64,000 nucleotides of DNA from Eledone cirrhosa. Its lineage: Eukaryota. The stretch lies in NCBI GenBank assembly GCA_964016885.1, contig OZ024761.1:29946001-30010000 (forward strand). The letters run 5' to 3'. Position numbers and translations under genes: made by a program. This document shows positions 14,022 to 27,547 of this stretch, one piece after another (position 1 is the stretch's first letter; each line of letters starts with the position of its first letter). A model generated the notes under the pieces. The model saw only the letters and a list, made by a program, of their open reading frames with translations, did no database searches and had not been told where the DNA came from.

Positions 14022-15210
14022 ATAACATTTTTTTGCAGGAACAGTGGTTTTGTTGCAGTCAGTGCTGGAATGGAAAGGAACAGATCTTAATTGATTCCTT
14101 CAACTAGTGTTCGAGTTGTTTGCTGAACAGAACAGAATTGTGAGTAAGCCAAATAAAACAAAAATACCCCAAAATATCTTCTATTTCCAAAGGGGGACAC
14201 TTAAGCTGTGTCAAAGACACAATGACCTTCTACTGCTGGTGCCTCCCTAAAATACACTCAGGGTGGAGCATAAATATTTCCAAAGGGAGACACTTGAGCT
14301 GTTTCAAAAACGCAAAGACCTGCTACTGCCACAATAAAATACACCCAGTGCGCTCTGTAATGTGGTAGTGCTGGTTCCTCCATAAAATACACCCAGGGTG
14401 GAGCATATATATTCCCGAAGGGGGACACTTCAGCTGTGTCAAAGACACAACAATTTAGTGCTGGTGTCACCATAAAATGCACCCAGTGTGGAGCATAAAT
14501 ATTTCTGATGGGTGACACTTCAGTTTTCAAAGACACGATGAGCTAATGCTAGTGCCACCAAAAAATACACCCAGGATGGAGTATATATATTTCCAAAGGA
14601 GGGCACTTGAGCTGTGTCAAAGACAATGACCTTCTACTGCTGGTGCCTCCCTAAAATACACTCGGGGTGGAGCATAAATATTTCCAAAGGGGGACACTTG
14701 AGCTGTGTCAAAGACAATGACCTTCTACTGCTGGTGCCTCCCTAAAATACACTCAGGGTGGAACATAAATATTTCCAAAGGGGGACACTTGAGCTGTGTC
14801 AAAAACGCAAAGACCTGCCACAATAAAATACACCCAGTACACTCTGTAATGTGGTAGTTCTGGTTCCTCCATAAAATACACCCAGGATGGAGTATATATA
14901 TTTCCAAAGGGGGACACTTGAGCTGTGTGTCAAAGACACCACAATCTTCTGTTGCTGTTATCACAATAAATTATACTCTGTAATGTGGTAGTGTTGGTGC
15001 CTCCATAAAATACACCCAGTACACTCTGTAATGTGATAGTGCTGGTGCTTCCTTAAAATACACCCAGGGTGGAGCATATATATTTACGAAGGGGACACTT
15101 GAGTTGTCTCAAAGACAACAATCTTGTGCTGGTGCCACAATAAAATACACACAGTACACTCTGTAATGTGGTAGTGCTGGTGGCCCCATAAAATGCACTC
15201 TGTAAAGTGT
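13085..15210. repeat. Degenerate ~45-50 bp minisatellite arrays (aaaatacacccagtacactctgtaaagtggtaatgttggtgccacaat) and a composite derivative array
   Basis: Directly visible tandem units at 13085-13910 and 14160-15210. Confidence 0.9.
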
Positions 15211-17455
15211 GAGGCATGAATGCTGACTCGTCTGAGAGGTCAGTAGCTCTTATTAAGTATTGGCTTGGTCTGACCCATGTTAGCAGGGAAAACGGACATT
15301 GAATGATGAAATTGTAGCTCTGACCATCTCATTATCCAACTTGTCTGGATGTGATTTGAATATTTCTAGCAAATCGAGTGGTAGGGAGAGTATAGAGGCT
15401 GTAGAGCGCCAGTTGAAATGATATGTTGTATTTAGTGACATCGTATGATCTGTATTGTAATCCCACCAAGATCAAACTAGGCTTCTTGTCTTTCTGGGTG
15501 AACCAGGGAGTCAACAAGTTAAATAACAGTCAAGTACCACCACTGCTGCTCTTCTGTCTCCGTCCTTTAGTCCTCACACACATTCTTTCTGTCTTACCAC
15601 CCTCCTGACCCCTTTTACCACACCCTCTCCCCCCGGTATAAAATAAACATTAAAGGTAATAAAAACATTTGTACTGAGATGATGCAGGTAGGAGTTATAT
15701 ATCCCTGATTCAGGTAAGTAAGAGTTATCCGTTCTTGAAGGACTGTGATGAATGGAGAGCTGCTGTACTGAATAGGACCCGTCCCACCCTTGCAAGCAGG
15801 GAAAAGCAGACGTAAAATGATGATTATGATAGAAACTGGAACATTTTTCTCGGGGAGTTCATTATACTCTGAAGAAGTTAAGTTCTGTAATAAACAATCG
15901 CAACAAAAAAAAAAATCAAAACAAAGATTACCAGGTAAATAACTTTTTCATTACCTTCATCTTACCATCCATTTTTCATTGTTTAGCCTTATATCACTTT
16001 CCACATTATATATTATATACAACCTGGCATTGCCCACAACAGGACAACCCATCTAACCCATGCTAATGTGGAAAAATGGACGTAAAATGGTGGTGATGAT
16101 AATGATGAATGCTTCAAGCAAACTACATTTCATTATCTAAAAAATTGTTTTGATTCATTTTTTTCTATTCCCCCTCCCCTTCTTTCTGTTCCCCACCCAC
16201 CCATTATTAATTTGGTTGTAAAAAAAAAAAAGCATTCAAAAATTATCCCCGAAAATGATGGAGGGTTTGTGGTAGGGTCTGTACTTTTAGAATTTAACCC
16301 TTTTGATTCCAAACTATTTCAAACTGTCCCTGGTTCTACAATATAAAGCTGTTTGTTGTATGTATGGTATATATATGGTCCTGTGACTCCTAGGGGGGTT
16401 GTAAGGGCAATATATTGACATACAGCGTTTCTGGGCTTTTTTCTTTTTAAAAAAACCTGGCAGAGCACATCTCTCCAGGCCTGAATACAACAGATTTCTT
16501 CCAGAGAAGGATAAATAATGAGTGAAAGGGAGTGAGAAAGAGATATAGAGGAAGAATTGACTCCAGTACTAGACTTGTACTTATTTTTAGCTACCTTAAA
16601 TGGATGAAAGGTAAAGTTGACTTCAGCAGGATTTGAACTCAGAGAGCAGAAAGTCGGAACGAATATTGCAAAGCATTCCATCCGACAATCTAAGGACTCT
16701 GTCAATTTTCCACCCTAAAGCTGTTTATAAACTTTATATTTATCTAAAAACCTTCAATCATGAACACTTGTTAAGTTATGTTCCAAACATCAGATTGGTA
16801 GTAAGTTAGTTATATCTATCAAAGTTATGGATTATTTTATAATCTCAGATTATATGATATGTCTTTCATTAGAAATATGGTAAAGAAAGGGTTACGACAG
16901 CTAACTAGCTGGGTCGGTAGAGCCTCACACAGAATATCCTGTGGCATTTATTCTTATACCTCCTCTGCACTTTAAGTTCAAACCCTGGCTTTTCTGGGAG
17001 TTGAGGAAATAAGGTGCCACTCCAATAGGGGCTGTGGATTGGCAGAGTGTTGAACGAGAAGGATGCCTTTGTGGTTGTTATTAGTTTTGACATTTTGGGT
17101 TCTGAGTTCAAATCCCTGTTGAGTCAACTTTTACCTTTCATTTGTTCAGGGATTAATATAATATAATACATGACTAGGATTGGTGGAATTAGTGGAGCGA
17201 CAGATGAACTAGATGAGTTGTGAATGGTATATATAGTCCTGACCATGGGACCCCAACTGATTATAAAAGCTGCAATGGGTTTAGTAGACTGTGGTTGTCT
17301 GTTACTTCAATTGATGATGATGATGATTTCATTTATAGTTGTTATTGAATAAAAAATATTAAACTTATAAGGAGTTTTAGGGCCTTTTTTTTTACTGTAT
17401 TGCCTTGTTCTTTTTTTTTTATTGTTTGTGTAGTCCTGGTGAAAACAGCCATTAA

Positions 17456-17660
17456 CCCTTTAGCATTTAAACTGGCCATATCAGGTCAGAATTCTCTGAC
17501 CTCGTTCTGTTCAAACTGGCTGTAAGCGGCTGTCCATACTGACATTAAGGTATTGTTCTCAAAATAAATAATGTCAAAATCTCATAGATTTGATATTATG
17601 TAAGATGAAGAAGCCTTTACTGCAAAAATACAATAGTATATATTGAGTAATGTTAAAGGG
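17456..17660. mobile_element. piggyBac-type MITE
   Basis: TTAA|CCCTTTA...TAAAGGG|TTAA termini. Reverse-oriented copy at 11513-11705 and partial copy at ~11050-11250. Confidence 0.78.
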
Positions 17661-17926
17661 TTAAAGAGTGATAATGGAAGCAGTGGCTGGGTCAGGTCAT
17701 GATTCTCTACACTTCTTTATGCAGTTGTCATCTTCCATACACATCACATATCCATACCAACACTGTTTTCTCCCTTGCAACACTGCATCTAATTCCTCTT
17801 TTGGCAAGTATTTCTATCAACTGCTTCATGTTAGGTGGTTCATGTAAACTGACATTGCACATTCATGGGGCATACTTGCTTTATTTCTTTTTAGCCTTCT
17901 CTCATTCTTTTGTTACTTATTAAATA

Positions 17927-18186
17927 CTAGCAAAAGAACCTGTCGTTGCTGAGCACACCTATCGCCACTAAATTAAGACCTCCTCTCTCAACAATATGGC
18001 TGTCATTAAATAGCCCAAGATCTCTGCTATTTTAGGGGAGATCAAAATTTAAACTATATATTGACATGCTCCAGGAGCTAAATAATCTATGTATCAAATT
18101 TGAATGAAATCAGATGGCAACTGTAGAAATGCATAGACTGCATGAAGACAGACTGAAAGACATTTTCGTTTTTATATATATATAGA
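17927..18186 (-). mobile_element. Non-autonomous Helitron-like element
   Basis: Reverse strand begins a|TCTATATATATATAAAAACGAAAATGTC and ends CTAG|t. Confidence 0.6.
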
Positions 18187-18676
18187 TAATAAAAATCAAG
18201 GAAGATGGTCATGCTTGGATGGGATGACCAGGGGCTAAACATCAAATTAAGGAAGAAACAAACAAAAATAAAAACACAAAAATTGAATGAACAAAAATAT
18301 TCCTTTTTTATCTTTTTCTGAAACAAAAAATATTGTTTTTTGTCTAATTCCAGTGTGTGGGGAGGGGGGTCATTTATTTATCATTTTCTTTGTTTTTTAA
18401 TCTTTTGTATCTTTTGGATCAATTAGTCTTGAATATATACTAGAATTGTACATGTGAATGTTATATATCTTTGTAAGTGGGTGTATATATGTAAGTGTGT
18501 GTATGTGAGTGTTTATATATACATACATGGATATGGATATATATATAGATAGATAGGTAGGTATAATATAGATAGATAGGTAGGTATAATGTATATATAT
18601 AGATAGGTATGTGTGTATGTATGTATATATATATAGGTATATATACACACATGCACACACATATATATACATACAT

Positions 18677-18707
<31 letters not shown>

Positions 18708-18807
18708 AGCAGCACTGAGTAGTAAAGAAGGTTGCTTTACAAATGGAAACTGTGTGGAAGCCTGTTAGACGGATTGTATCATATATATATATATATGACA
18801 GTCATCT

Positions 18808-19085
18808 TCAGTTCCACCACAGAAGGTGAAGTAGAATGGTTGCGAGAAGTAAAGAGACAAAGTTGCGAAGAGAACAACTGGCAGAAGAAACACAGTGTTT
18901 GTCCCCTTTTATGGGTCCCTGTCTTACACAAGAGGAATACCCCATAGCCACTGCTATGAAGTTCTGTTCCCTGACACCAGTAAAGATGTGTGACATCGGC
19001 CCTCGTGCATAGGCAACCACGTCTTTGCCTCCATGTGTTTCATCCCTCTTCAGTACAGCACTCTGTTGTTGGTAATTATTTGCAC
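18808..19085 (-). CDS. Alkaline phosphatase last coding exon with hydrophobic GPI-anchor-type C-terminus
   Basis: tttcag|GT. Encodes ANNYQQQSAVLKRDETHGGKDVVAYARGPMSHIFTGVREQNFIAVAMGYSSCV...FVSLLLATILLHLLWWN*. Confidence 0.96.
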
Positions 19086-19477
19086 CTGAAAATAGTAAAT
19101 AATAAATAATAGTAAAAATTGTTTCTACTTTAGGCACAAGGCCAGCAATTACCCAGTGCATTACTGGTACTTTATTTCATCGACACCGTAAGGATGAAAG
19201 GCAAAGTCAACCTCGGCAGGATTTGTACTTAGATCGTAAAGGGACGTAACTATGCTGGAAAGCATGGTGTCCGACCCTCTAGCGATACTGCCAAATAGTA
19301 AATAATAATGATAATAATGATTTCATTTATTGGCCACAAAGGCCAACAAGTAGAGGACAATATAAAGACATGGACAGTGGGGGGGGGGGGTTACAATAAG
19401 CTTGAGTAAAAGTGCACAATAGTAAAACCAATTTAACAATGAAAATATAAAATAAACATAAAACATTTAAACATTTA

Positions 19478-20098
19478 AAGCTGTATATAGCTATGGTGTG
19501 GCCACACTTAGAATTTGCATCACCAGTCTGGAACCCCTATCTTGTTCAGAACATTGACCGCCTGGAAACTGTTCAGAGACGTGCAACCAAGTTAATACCC
19601 TCCATCAGGCATCTACCACACTGTGAACGCTTTTCTTCCCTGGGCATGGGATACATTGAAGCTCCAACGTCTGGCAATGGACTTGGTAAACACCCACAAA
19701 ATCATTAACCATCTTGCCAACAACAACCCTGAGCACCTTTTTGATTTCCATGTGTCTAACACACGTGGACATGCCTACAAAATCAGAAAACAGTACAGCT
19801 CCCATGACTTTAGGAAACATTTTTTCACGCTCAGAGTTGCTGAAGCATGGAACAAACTACCTGTATGAGTTGTTAGCTGTCGAGACACTGCATCCTTTAA
19901 AACCTCCATGCTTCCTGAGATTCGCCAACACTACACCTGATGTTCCCGCTCCATTTACACGCGCACATGTATTTCGTGACTCGTATGCTGTTTATTTTCC
20001 TGACATTTTTACATTATTCTATGTACTGTACATGCACCTTTGATGAGTTGTAGTGCACATGAGCACTGTACACAATAATTTCATTATTATTATTATTA
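19478..20098 (+). mobile_element. CR1-clade LINE 3' end
   Basis: Encodes MVWPHLEFASPVWNPYLVQNIDRLETVQRRATKLIP and TRGHAYKIRKQYSSHDFRKHFFTLRVAEAWNKLP, with a (TTA)n tail at ~20083-20098. Confidence 0.88.
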
Positions 20099-21679
20099 TA
20101 ACAAAATAAATTCCCCAATTGGGGGGGGGGGCAACTCAGGTACCCCAACAAACCTGAACCACCCGACGCTTCTAGGGCACCCCGCTCCTCCTCAAATTAA
20201 CCAGCCTAGAGGTGGATAGTTGATTAATTTGAGGATGGTTTCTACTTTTGGCACAAGGCCAGCAATTATCCCAGTGCATTACTGGTACTTTATTTTATCG
20301 ACCCCGTAAGGATGAAAGGCAAAGTTAACCTCGGCGGGATTTGAACTCAGAATGGCAAGAGCCGTAACTCTATGTGTCAAAGCATGGTGTCCGACTTTCT
20401 ACTGATACTGCCAATCCACCTAATGGTTTCTGATTTAGGCACAAGGCCAGTAATTTTTGGGGGAAGGGAAAGTCAGGACTGTGGAAAATAAAAAAATTAC
20501 TTTGTGCAGGTAAGATGATACCGTACCCAGTATCATCTTACCCGCACGAAGTCGTTTTCCTCGCTGTAAAACGAAAGTGTGCATTCTCCATTGAGTGAGG
20601 GAGGAAACGCCCAAAGCTATGTTCATTCTATTCAACTTGCTTTCACCACCTAATATACACACACACACACATATATATATATTTATAAATATAAATTCAG
20701 CGAGAATCGCATTTCGGCGGCTAGAAAAAGCAAAACGAAACGCAAAATCGTAGTTATGCTGGCAAGCGCTCCAATAGTTAAAAAACTAGAGCTAAACAAT
20801 ATGTTAAAACGCCATACAAACTGAAAAAGTGGTCAACCAACCACCTAAGCCAAAAAATATATATTTATATACATATGTCTATTTATGTGTACGTAACATA
20901 CACGCACATAATAATAATAAAATATTAAAGAGAGACATGGCTTAGTGGTTAGAGTATTGGCCTTGCAATCGAAAGGTTGTGAGTTCAATTGTCAGACCGG
21001 GTGATGTGTTGTTTCCTTGAGCAAGACACTTTATTTTCACATTGCTCCAGTTTAAAGTGGTCGTGGAGGTGCCACGGCAAAAAAGCACCCAGCACTCACT
21101 GTAAATGAGGTTGGTGTTAGGAAGGGCATCCAGCTGTAGAAATCAAACCAGAATCAGGTCCCGTCCCACCCTTGCAAGCAGGGAACAGCGGACGTAAAAT
21201 GAAAGAAAGAAATGAGACAAATCTTGTTTAATTAATGTTTTTAGAAGAACTATACAACAATAAAAATGATAGGTAACTGATGTCGCTTTTGCATCAATCG
21301 TATGAAATTGATTATCTTATGCAATAAGGTAATCAATTTCACTCTTTACAAGATTTGTCTCCCTTGCTCCATTTACGCAGTATATGTATAGACAAACGCA
21401 TACAAACTCATGATCATACACTCACATAAACATGCATACATACACACCCATACACTCACACACACACACATATATATATATATTTTTACAGTAATAATAA
21501 TAATGTTTCTAATTTTGGCACAAGGCCAGCAATTAACCCAGTGCATTACTGGTCGTTTATTTTAAGGATGAATATGCAAAGTTAACCTCGATACGATTTT
21601 AATTCAGAACGTAAAGGGTCATAACTCTGCTGCAGAGCATGGTGTCTGACGCTCTACTGATACTGCCAAATGATAATAA

Positions 21680-23540
21680 TAATAATGATTTCATTTATTA
21701 GCCACAAGGGCCGACATGTAGGGGACAATACAAAGACAGGGACAGTGGGGGTTTACAATAAGGTCGAGTAAAAGTGCACAATGGCAAGACTAATTTAACA
21801 ATGAAAATATAAAAATATAAAATAAACTATGCATAAATATAACAAAATAAATTCTCCGATAGGGGGTGGACGACCCTGGGGTGATTCGGGTACCCCACCA
21901 ATCCTGAACCACCCTGCGCTTCTAGGGCACCCAGGAGAGCACCCCTCTCCTCAATTTAGCCAGCCTATAGGCGCATGGTCAGAGTAGGCCCATTCACACG
22001 AGCCATTCTCGCCACATTCACCCACCTTTTAGCAAATGTACTGGGGGGCAGCACTTCTCTCTCCACCCTCACCCTCCTTTCCAGGTGAAACTTGAAGAAG
22101 TTGATGAGGGATTGGCCGAAGAGAAAAGTGTCTGTCTTTAGTCCTTTCAACCTGGTCCACCATATAATCTCTTTCGCAACTGCCACCAGACAGAGGAAAA
22201 TGTCCTGCTCTTCCTGACCTAAGGAAGGTGGCGGCTCGATCCTCACTATGGACTCGGCCGATAGCCGGATTCGTTCCACACGCGACAGTAGCTGTTTGAC
22301 ATAACTCCACAAGTCAGTAATGCACGGACATTGGACAAGTGCGTGCAGAACGGTTTCGTCGTTCTGTGCGCATCTTGGGCAGGTCCGTCTGACAGCACTT
22401 CCGTGCCTGTAGAGTTTATCCCGAACCGGCAGTGCCCCCCGGTAGCACTGCCAAGCGAGGGATTTCTGGAAATTGTCCATCGTCCCCGGCTCAAAAGTCC
22501 TCCAGTACAGACTGGTCAGTTCGACTTCGTCGAGGCCCAAAGCTTCTCCGAGTGTGTCATCGCACTTGCCCACCACTAATCCTCTATAGAACTCGAGAGT
22601 GGAAGTTCCACTGATCGCATTGCCCGCTTGGTAGAAGGCAGTGAGTGCCTGGCAACATTCCAGGTGCCAGTCACCCAGTCTCGGTCTCTTCTTGACCCAG
22701 GACTGCAGCTCAGTCAAAGAAATGAGCTGCGGAAAGGCCCGTCTGATAAACGGCGACCACACCTGTTCACCATTGAGGCAGAATATCTGGAGATGTCGCA
22801 GTCTCAACGCATGTCTGCGCATCATTAGCCACGGCATGCCCAGCCCTCCGCGTAGAGGGTGCTGGCAGCAGATGGACCGCCTCACCAACGGAACTTGTCC
22901 CCTCCACAAGAATTTGAAGAGGAGCCGTTCCAACTTGACGAGGCGCGGACGGGGGCAAGGCACGACGGTTAGGCGGTAGTAGATGACGGACGCGATGTAC
23001 GCATTCGCCACCTCCGCGCGACCTTTCAGTGATAGCTTCCTCCCAGCCCATTTTTGGGTGAGACTGGCTACTCTGCTCGTTACCTCGTCCTAATTCTTTT
23101 CCACCTGGAGGTCTGGTCCGAACCAAACCCCAATCAACTTTACTGGTCCGTCCGTCCAGCGCCCCACGACGCTGTTGGACGGCATGGGCCTGCCTCTCCA
23201 GGTTCCGAGCTGCAAGCCCACCGACTTTTCCGGGTTAAGTTTTGCTCCTGTCAACCTTTCATATTCCTTCAATAAGGTGCCGACCACCTCGATTTCTGAG
23301 GTGTTCGACACCATCACGGTGATGTCGTCCGCATAAGCCGACGCCGCCTTTCCACGTCCCGGTTCGAGCGGGATGCCCTGCAACAGCTCCAGCTTCCGCA
23401 GTAAAGGCTCGAGAGTCAATACGTACAGAAGGGAAGAGAGAGAGGGCACCCTTGACGGACCGATCGGGAGAGCCGGATTGGTTCCGAGTGGTGGCCATTA
23501 ACCTTGACCACCGAGCGTGTGCCGCTGTGCATTGCAACGA
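21680..23540 (-). mobile_element. 5'-truncated L1/Tx1-clade non-LTR retrotransposon (RT C-half, CCHC finger, 3' UTR)
   Basis: Motifs SVRQGCPLS, LYVLTLEPLLRKL, SAYADDITV, LNPEKS and CPRCAQNDETVLHALVQC. Frameshift near 23445 and stop at ~23090. ORF ends at 21965, and the UTR ends in an (ATT)n-like tail. Confidence 0.9.
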
Positions 23541-23542
23541 TG

Positions 23543-23576
<34 letters not shown>

Positions 23577-24133
23577 CAATAATAATAAAAAAGAAAAGGA
23601 AACAAAATAAAATAAAATATATATATAAAACAAAGAAGGTGTGGTAAGAAACCAGGTGGACCATAACGCACCAGAGTACTCAATACTTAAGGTAGTAGAG
23701 TAGGTAATAGGGAAAAGAGTCGAGACCCCGACGGCGGAGCTCCGGCTGTTTTGACAGCTAAGCGTTCGGATCTAGCTGTCGAAACAGCCGGAGCTCAGCT
23801 GTTGGGGTCCTGACTCTTTTCCCTACACACACACACACACACACGTGTGTGTGTGTGTAGGGAAAAGAGTCAAGAGTATAGTATATATATAAATACGCAT
23901 GTACAAGTAGTATATATATATATATATATATATATACTACTTGTACATGTGTATTTATATTATATACTATATACATATATATATATGTGTGTGTATGTAT
24001 ATATAGATAGATAAATGCATATGTGCAGACGTAAAATGATGATGATGATATATTATATGAAAGCAGTGTCAGTGTGTCTTCCTGGCCATGTAACTACGAA
24101 GTGTGAATGAAAAGAACCACTGTGATTACGTAC

Positions 24134-24256
24134 TTGTGTTAACATTTGTCAAGTTTTCACGAGGAGTTTGGTAACCAGGACCATTTCCATACACTAGAAT
24201 GGTCATCGGCTTCTTGTCTGTAGGACCCTCACCTGGTTTAAAATTTGACACTTTAC
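24134..24256 (-). CDS. Alkaline phosphatase exon (YGNGPG)
   Basis: ttccag|GT..A|gtacgt. Encodes KVSNFKPGEGPTDKKPMTILVYGNGPGYQTPRENLTNVNT. Confidence 0.94.
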
Positions 24257-24499
24257 CTGGAATAGAAGTATGAAAATAAGTACCAGCTGTAGCTGGGGAG
24301 GGGAGTTAACTTTGCGATGGTCTGGCATCCTGTCCAGGGGGGGGGGGGTTTAGTCTTGTACTCTGTGTCACTTAACGTCAAGGAAACCAAGAAAAGCGTT
24401 GGTTTAATGAGTCTCGAGGACTTGTGACAGATTTAAAATTTTTACAGATACCTGTTCACCGTCTAGCTTCATGTGTATACATCAACAGCGAATAATAAT

Positions 24500-24985
24500 A
24501 ACCTGGCCACTGAGAGCTGAGGACATGCGCAAACTCGAAGTGTTTGACCATCATTGTTTACGCCGCATCCTTAGTGTTCGCTGGCAACAATTCATCTCGA
24601 ATTCTGCAATCCGTGCATGCTCAAAATCTCCTCCCTCCAGCAGGCTCTTCTCACGGGGCGTCTTCGCAGGCTTGGTCAGGCTCTCCGTCGACAACCGGGC
24701 GACTTCATCCGCGAAGCCATTCATCCATCTCCTCCGTTGGGATGGAGGAAACGTCGTGGAGGCCAACTGAAAACGTGGCTTAGGTGAGGCAAGACGTTGA
24801 GCTGATCTTAGGCCCACGCCTGTGTGGCGTTCGGCGATGGAACCGCGAATAGCTGACACTCATATCTTCGATAGCGTCGGACCGTCGTGCTTGGTCGGCC
24901 TTCATTCGGGATACGGTAAATTCGTTGGACGGAGCCGGCTCAATCGACCCAGGGTGAATGCCGCCACAAGAACAAGAGAGAGATA
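24500..24985 (+). mobile_element. RTE-clade LINE 3' fragment
   Basis: Encodes TWPLRAEDMRKLEVFDHHCLRRILSVRWQQFISN and WRKRRGGQLKTW across frameshifts. Confidence 0.8.
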
Positions 24986-25639
24986 AAATAATAATAATAA
25001 TTGTTTCTACTATTGGCACAAGGCCAGCAATTATCCCAGTGCATTACTGGTACTTTATTTTATCGACCTCGTAAGAATGAAAGACAAAGCTAACCTCGAC
25101 AGGAATTGAATTCAGAACGCAAAGAGCCATAACTCTATGCTGCAAAGCATGGCGTCTGACGCTCTACCGATACTGCCAATATTAAAAAACAGCCCTCTTT
25201 TTTGGAACACTTCAAAAGGCATGCTTGCTGGAAACAGCAAGAACCCTCCGATACGTCCTGAATATCTGAGACTGCAGGTAGCGGCTTGATGTTCATTTGA
25301 ACACACTTTCCAGCTAAATAACCTCAATGACTGAGACTACAAGAAAATAATTATTTCTACTTTTGGCACAAGGCCAGCAATTATCCCAGTGAATTACTGG
25401 TACTTTATTTTATCGACCCCGTAAAGATGAAAGGCAAAGTTAACCTCGGCGGGATTTGAACTTAACTTGCCTTTCATCCTTACAAGGTAAAGGTTTCTTA
25501 TATAGGCACAAGGCTAGCAATTTGGAAGCAGGGGAAAGTGGATTAATTCGACCCGAGTGCATGACTGATACTTTATTTTACCGACCCCTTAAGGATGAAA
25601 GGCAAAGTCAACCACCCAAAGTCAATCCACCCAAAAGTA

Positions 25640-26180
25640 ATAATAGTTTTATTTATTGGCCTCAAGGGCCGCCATATAGGGGTCAATACACTAGACAGGG
25701 ACAGTGGTGGTTTACATATACGACGTGTTAATTATATAAATAACAATAACAAAATAACAATAAAAATACAAGGAAAATTCCCCAATAGGGGGCATAACCC
25801 CCTGGGTTCACTCAGGTACCCCAACAATCCTGAGAGTACCCTCAAATTCACCCACCTGCAGGTGTATGATCAGAGTAGGTCCACTCACACGGGGCCATTC
25901 TCGCCACATTCACCCACCTTTCAGAAAATGTACTGGGGGGCAGCACTTCTCTCTCCACCCTAACCTTCCTTTCCGAGTGAAATTTGAAAAAATTGATGAG
26001 GGATTGGCCGAAGAGAGAAGTGTCTGTCTTCAGTCCTTTCAACCTGGTCCACCATACAACCTCTTTCGCTACTGCCACCAGACAGAGGAAAATTGTCTGC
26101 CCTTCCTGGCCAAAAGAAGGCGACGGGTTGATCTTCATTATGGACTCGGCCGATAGCCGGATCCATTCTACACGCGACCA
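25640..26180 (-). mobile_element. 3' fragment of the same Tx1-like family
   Basis: Encodes SRVEWIRLSAESIMKI...FLCLVAVAKEVVWWTRLKGLKTD, close to the 21965-23011 ORF, plus the shared 3' UTR. Further UTR-only remnants at ~19315-19470, 20100-20225, 26480-26665 and 49330-49475. Confidence 0.88.
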
Positions 26181-26692
26181 CCCAAGAGTAGTAATTGTTT
26201 CTACTTTTGGCACAAGGCCAGCAATTATCTTTATTTTACCCCGTAAGGATGAAAGGCAAAAAGTTAACCTCGGCGGGATTTAAACTGAGACCATAAAGGA
26301 CCGTAACTCTTTGCTGCAAAGCATGGTGTCCAACCCTCTACCGATACTGCCAAACCAACAAAGTGTAATAATTGTTTCTAGTTTTGGCACAAAGCCAGCA
26401 ATTACCCAGTGCATTACTGGTACTTTATTTTAACGACCCCGTAAGGATGAAAGGCAAAGTTAACCTCGGCGGGATTTGAATGATTTCATTTATTGGCCAC
26501 AGGGGCCGACATATAGGGGACAATACAAAAGACTGGGACAGTGGGGTTTTACAGAAAAATCGAGTAAACAATATGAATAACAATAACAAAGTAACAAGAA
26601 AAATACAGCAAGAAAAATTCCCCAATAGGGGGCATGACCACCCAGGGTTCGCTCAGGTACCCGAGTTCAAGAGTAATAATAAAAATAATCAC

Positions 26693-26884
26693 CTAAGATA
26701 TCAGTTCCTCTGTTTGGATATCCTGCAATATTAAAGACATGGGAGTGGTCAGCTGTTACTACAATCAAGGTATCTTCCTCACTTGTCATTTCCACACCGC
26801 GTGCGACGGCGTCGTCAAAAAAGCTCAGCTCTGTCAATGCCCTTTTGGCGCTGTTGCGATGATGACCATGGTCAATTCTGCCTC
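26693..26884 (-). CDS. Alkaline phosphatase exon with Zn ligands (DHGHH, DHSH)
   Basis: tttcag|GA..G|gtgatt. Encodes [64 protein letters not shown]. Confidence 0.97.
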
Positions 26885-26990
26885 CTGAAATTGATATTGA
26901 TAATAGTAGTAGTAGTAGTAGTAGTAGTAGTAGGGTGGTGGTGGTTGTGGTGGTGGTAGTAATAGTAGTAGTAGTAGGGTGGTGGTGGTT

Positions 26991-27030
<40 letters not shown>

Positions 27031-27070
27031 AGGTGGTGGTGGTAGTAATAGTAGTAGTAGTAGGGTGGTG

Positions 27071-27110
<40 letters not shown>

Positions 27111-27299
27111 AGTGGTACTGTTGGTGGTAGTAGTAGTGTAGTAGTAGTAGTAGTAGTAGTATTATTATTATTATTAGTAGTAGTAGTAGTAGTAGTAGTA
27201 GTAGGGTGGTACTGTTGGTGGTAGTAGTAGTAGTAATAGTAGTAGGGTGGTACTGTTGGTGGTAGTAGTAGTAGTGTAGTAGTAGTAGTAGTAGTAGTC

Positions 27300-27339
<40 letters not shown>

Positions 27340-27350
27340 GGCGGTGGTAA

Positions 27351-27407
<57 letters not shown>

Positions 27408-27547
27408 CAGTAGTAGTAGTATTAGTGTAGTAGTAGGGTGGTACTGTTGGTGGTAGTATCAGTAGTAGTAGTAGTAGTATTGTTTTCTAATTTAGTAACT
27501 TTATTTTAATGCACATACATTCCATGGTTGGATACACTTCCTAACAC

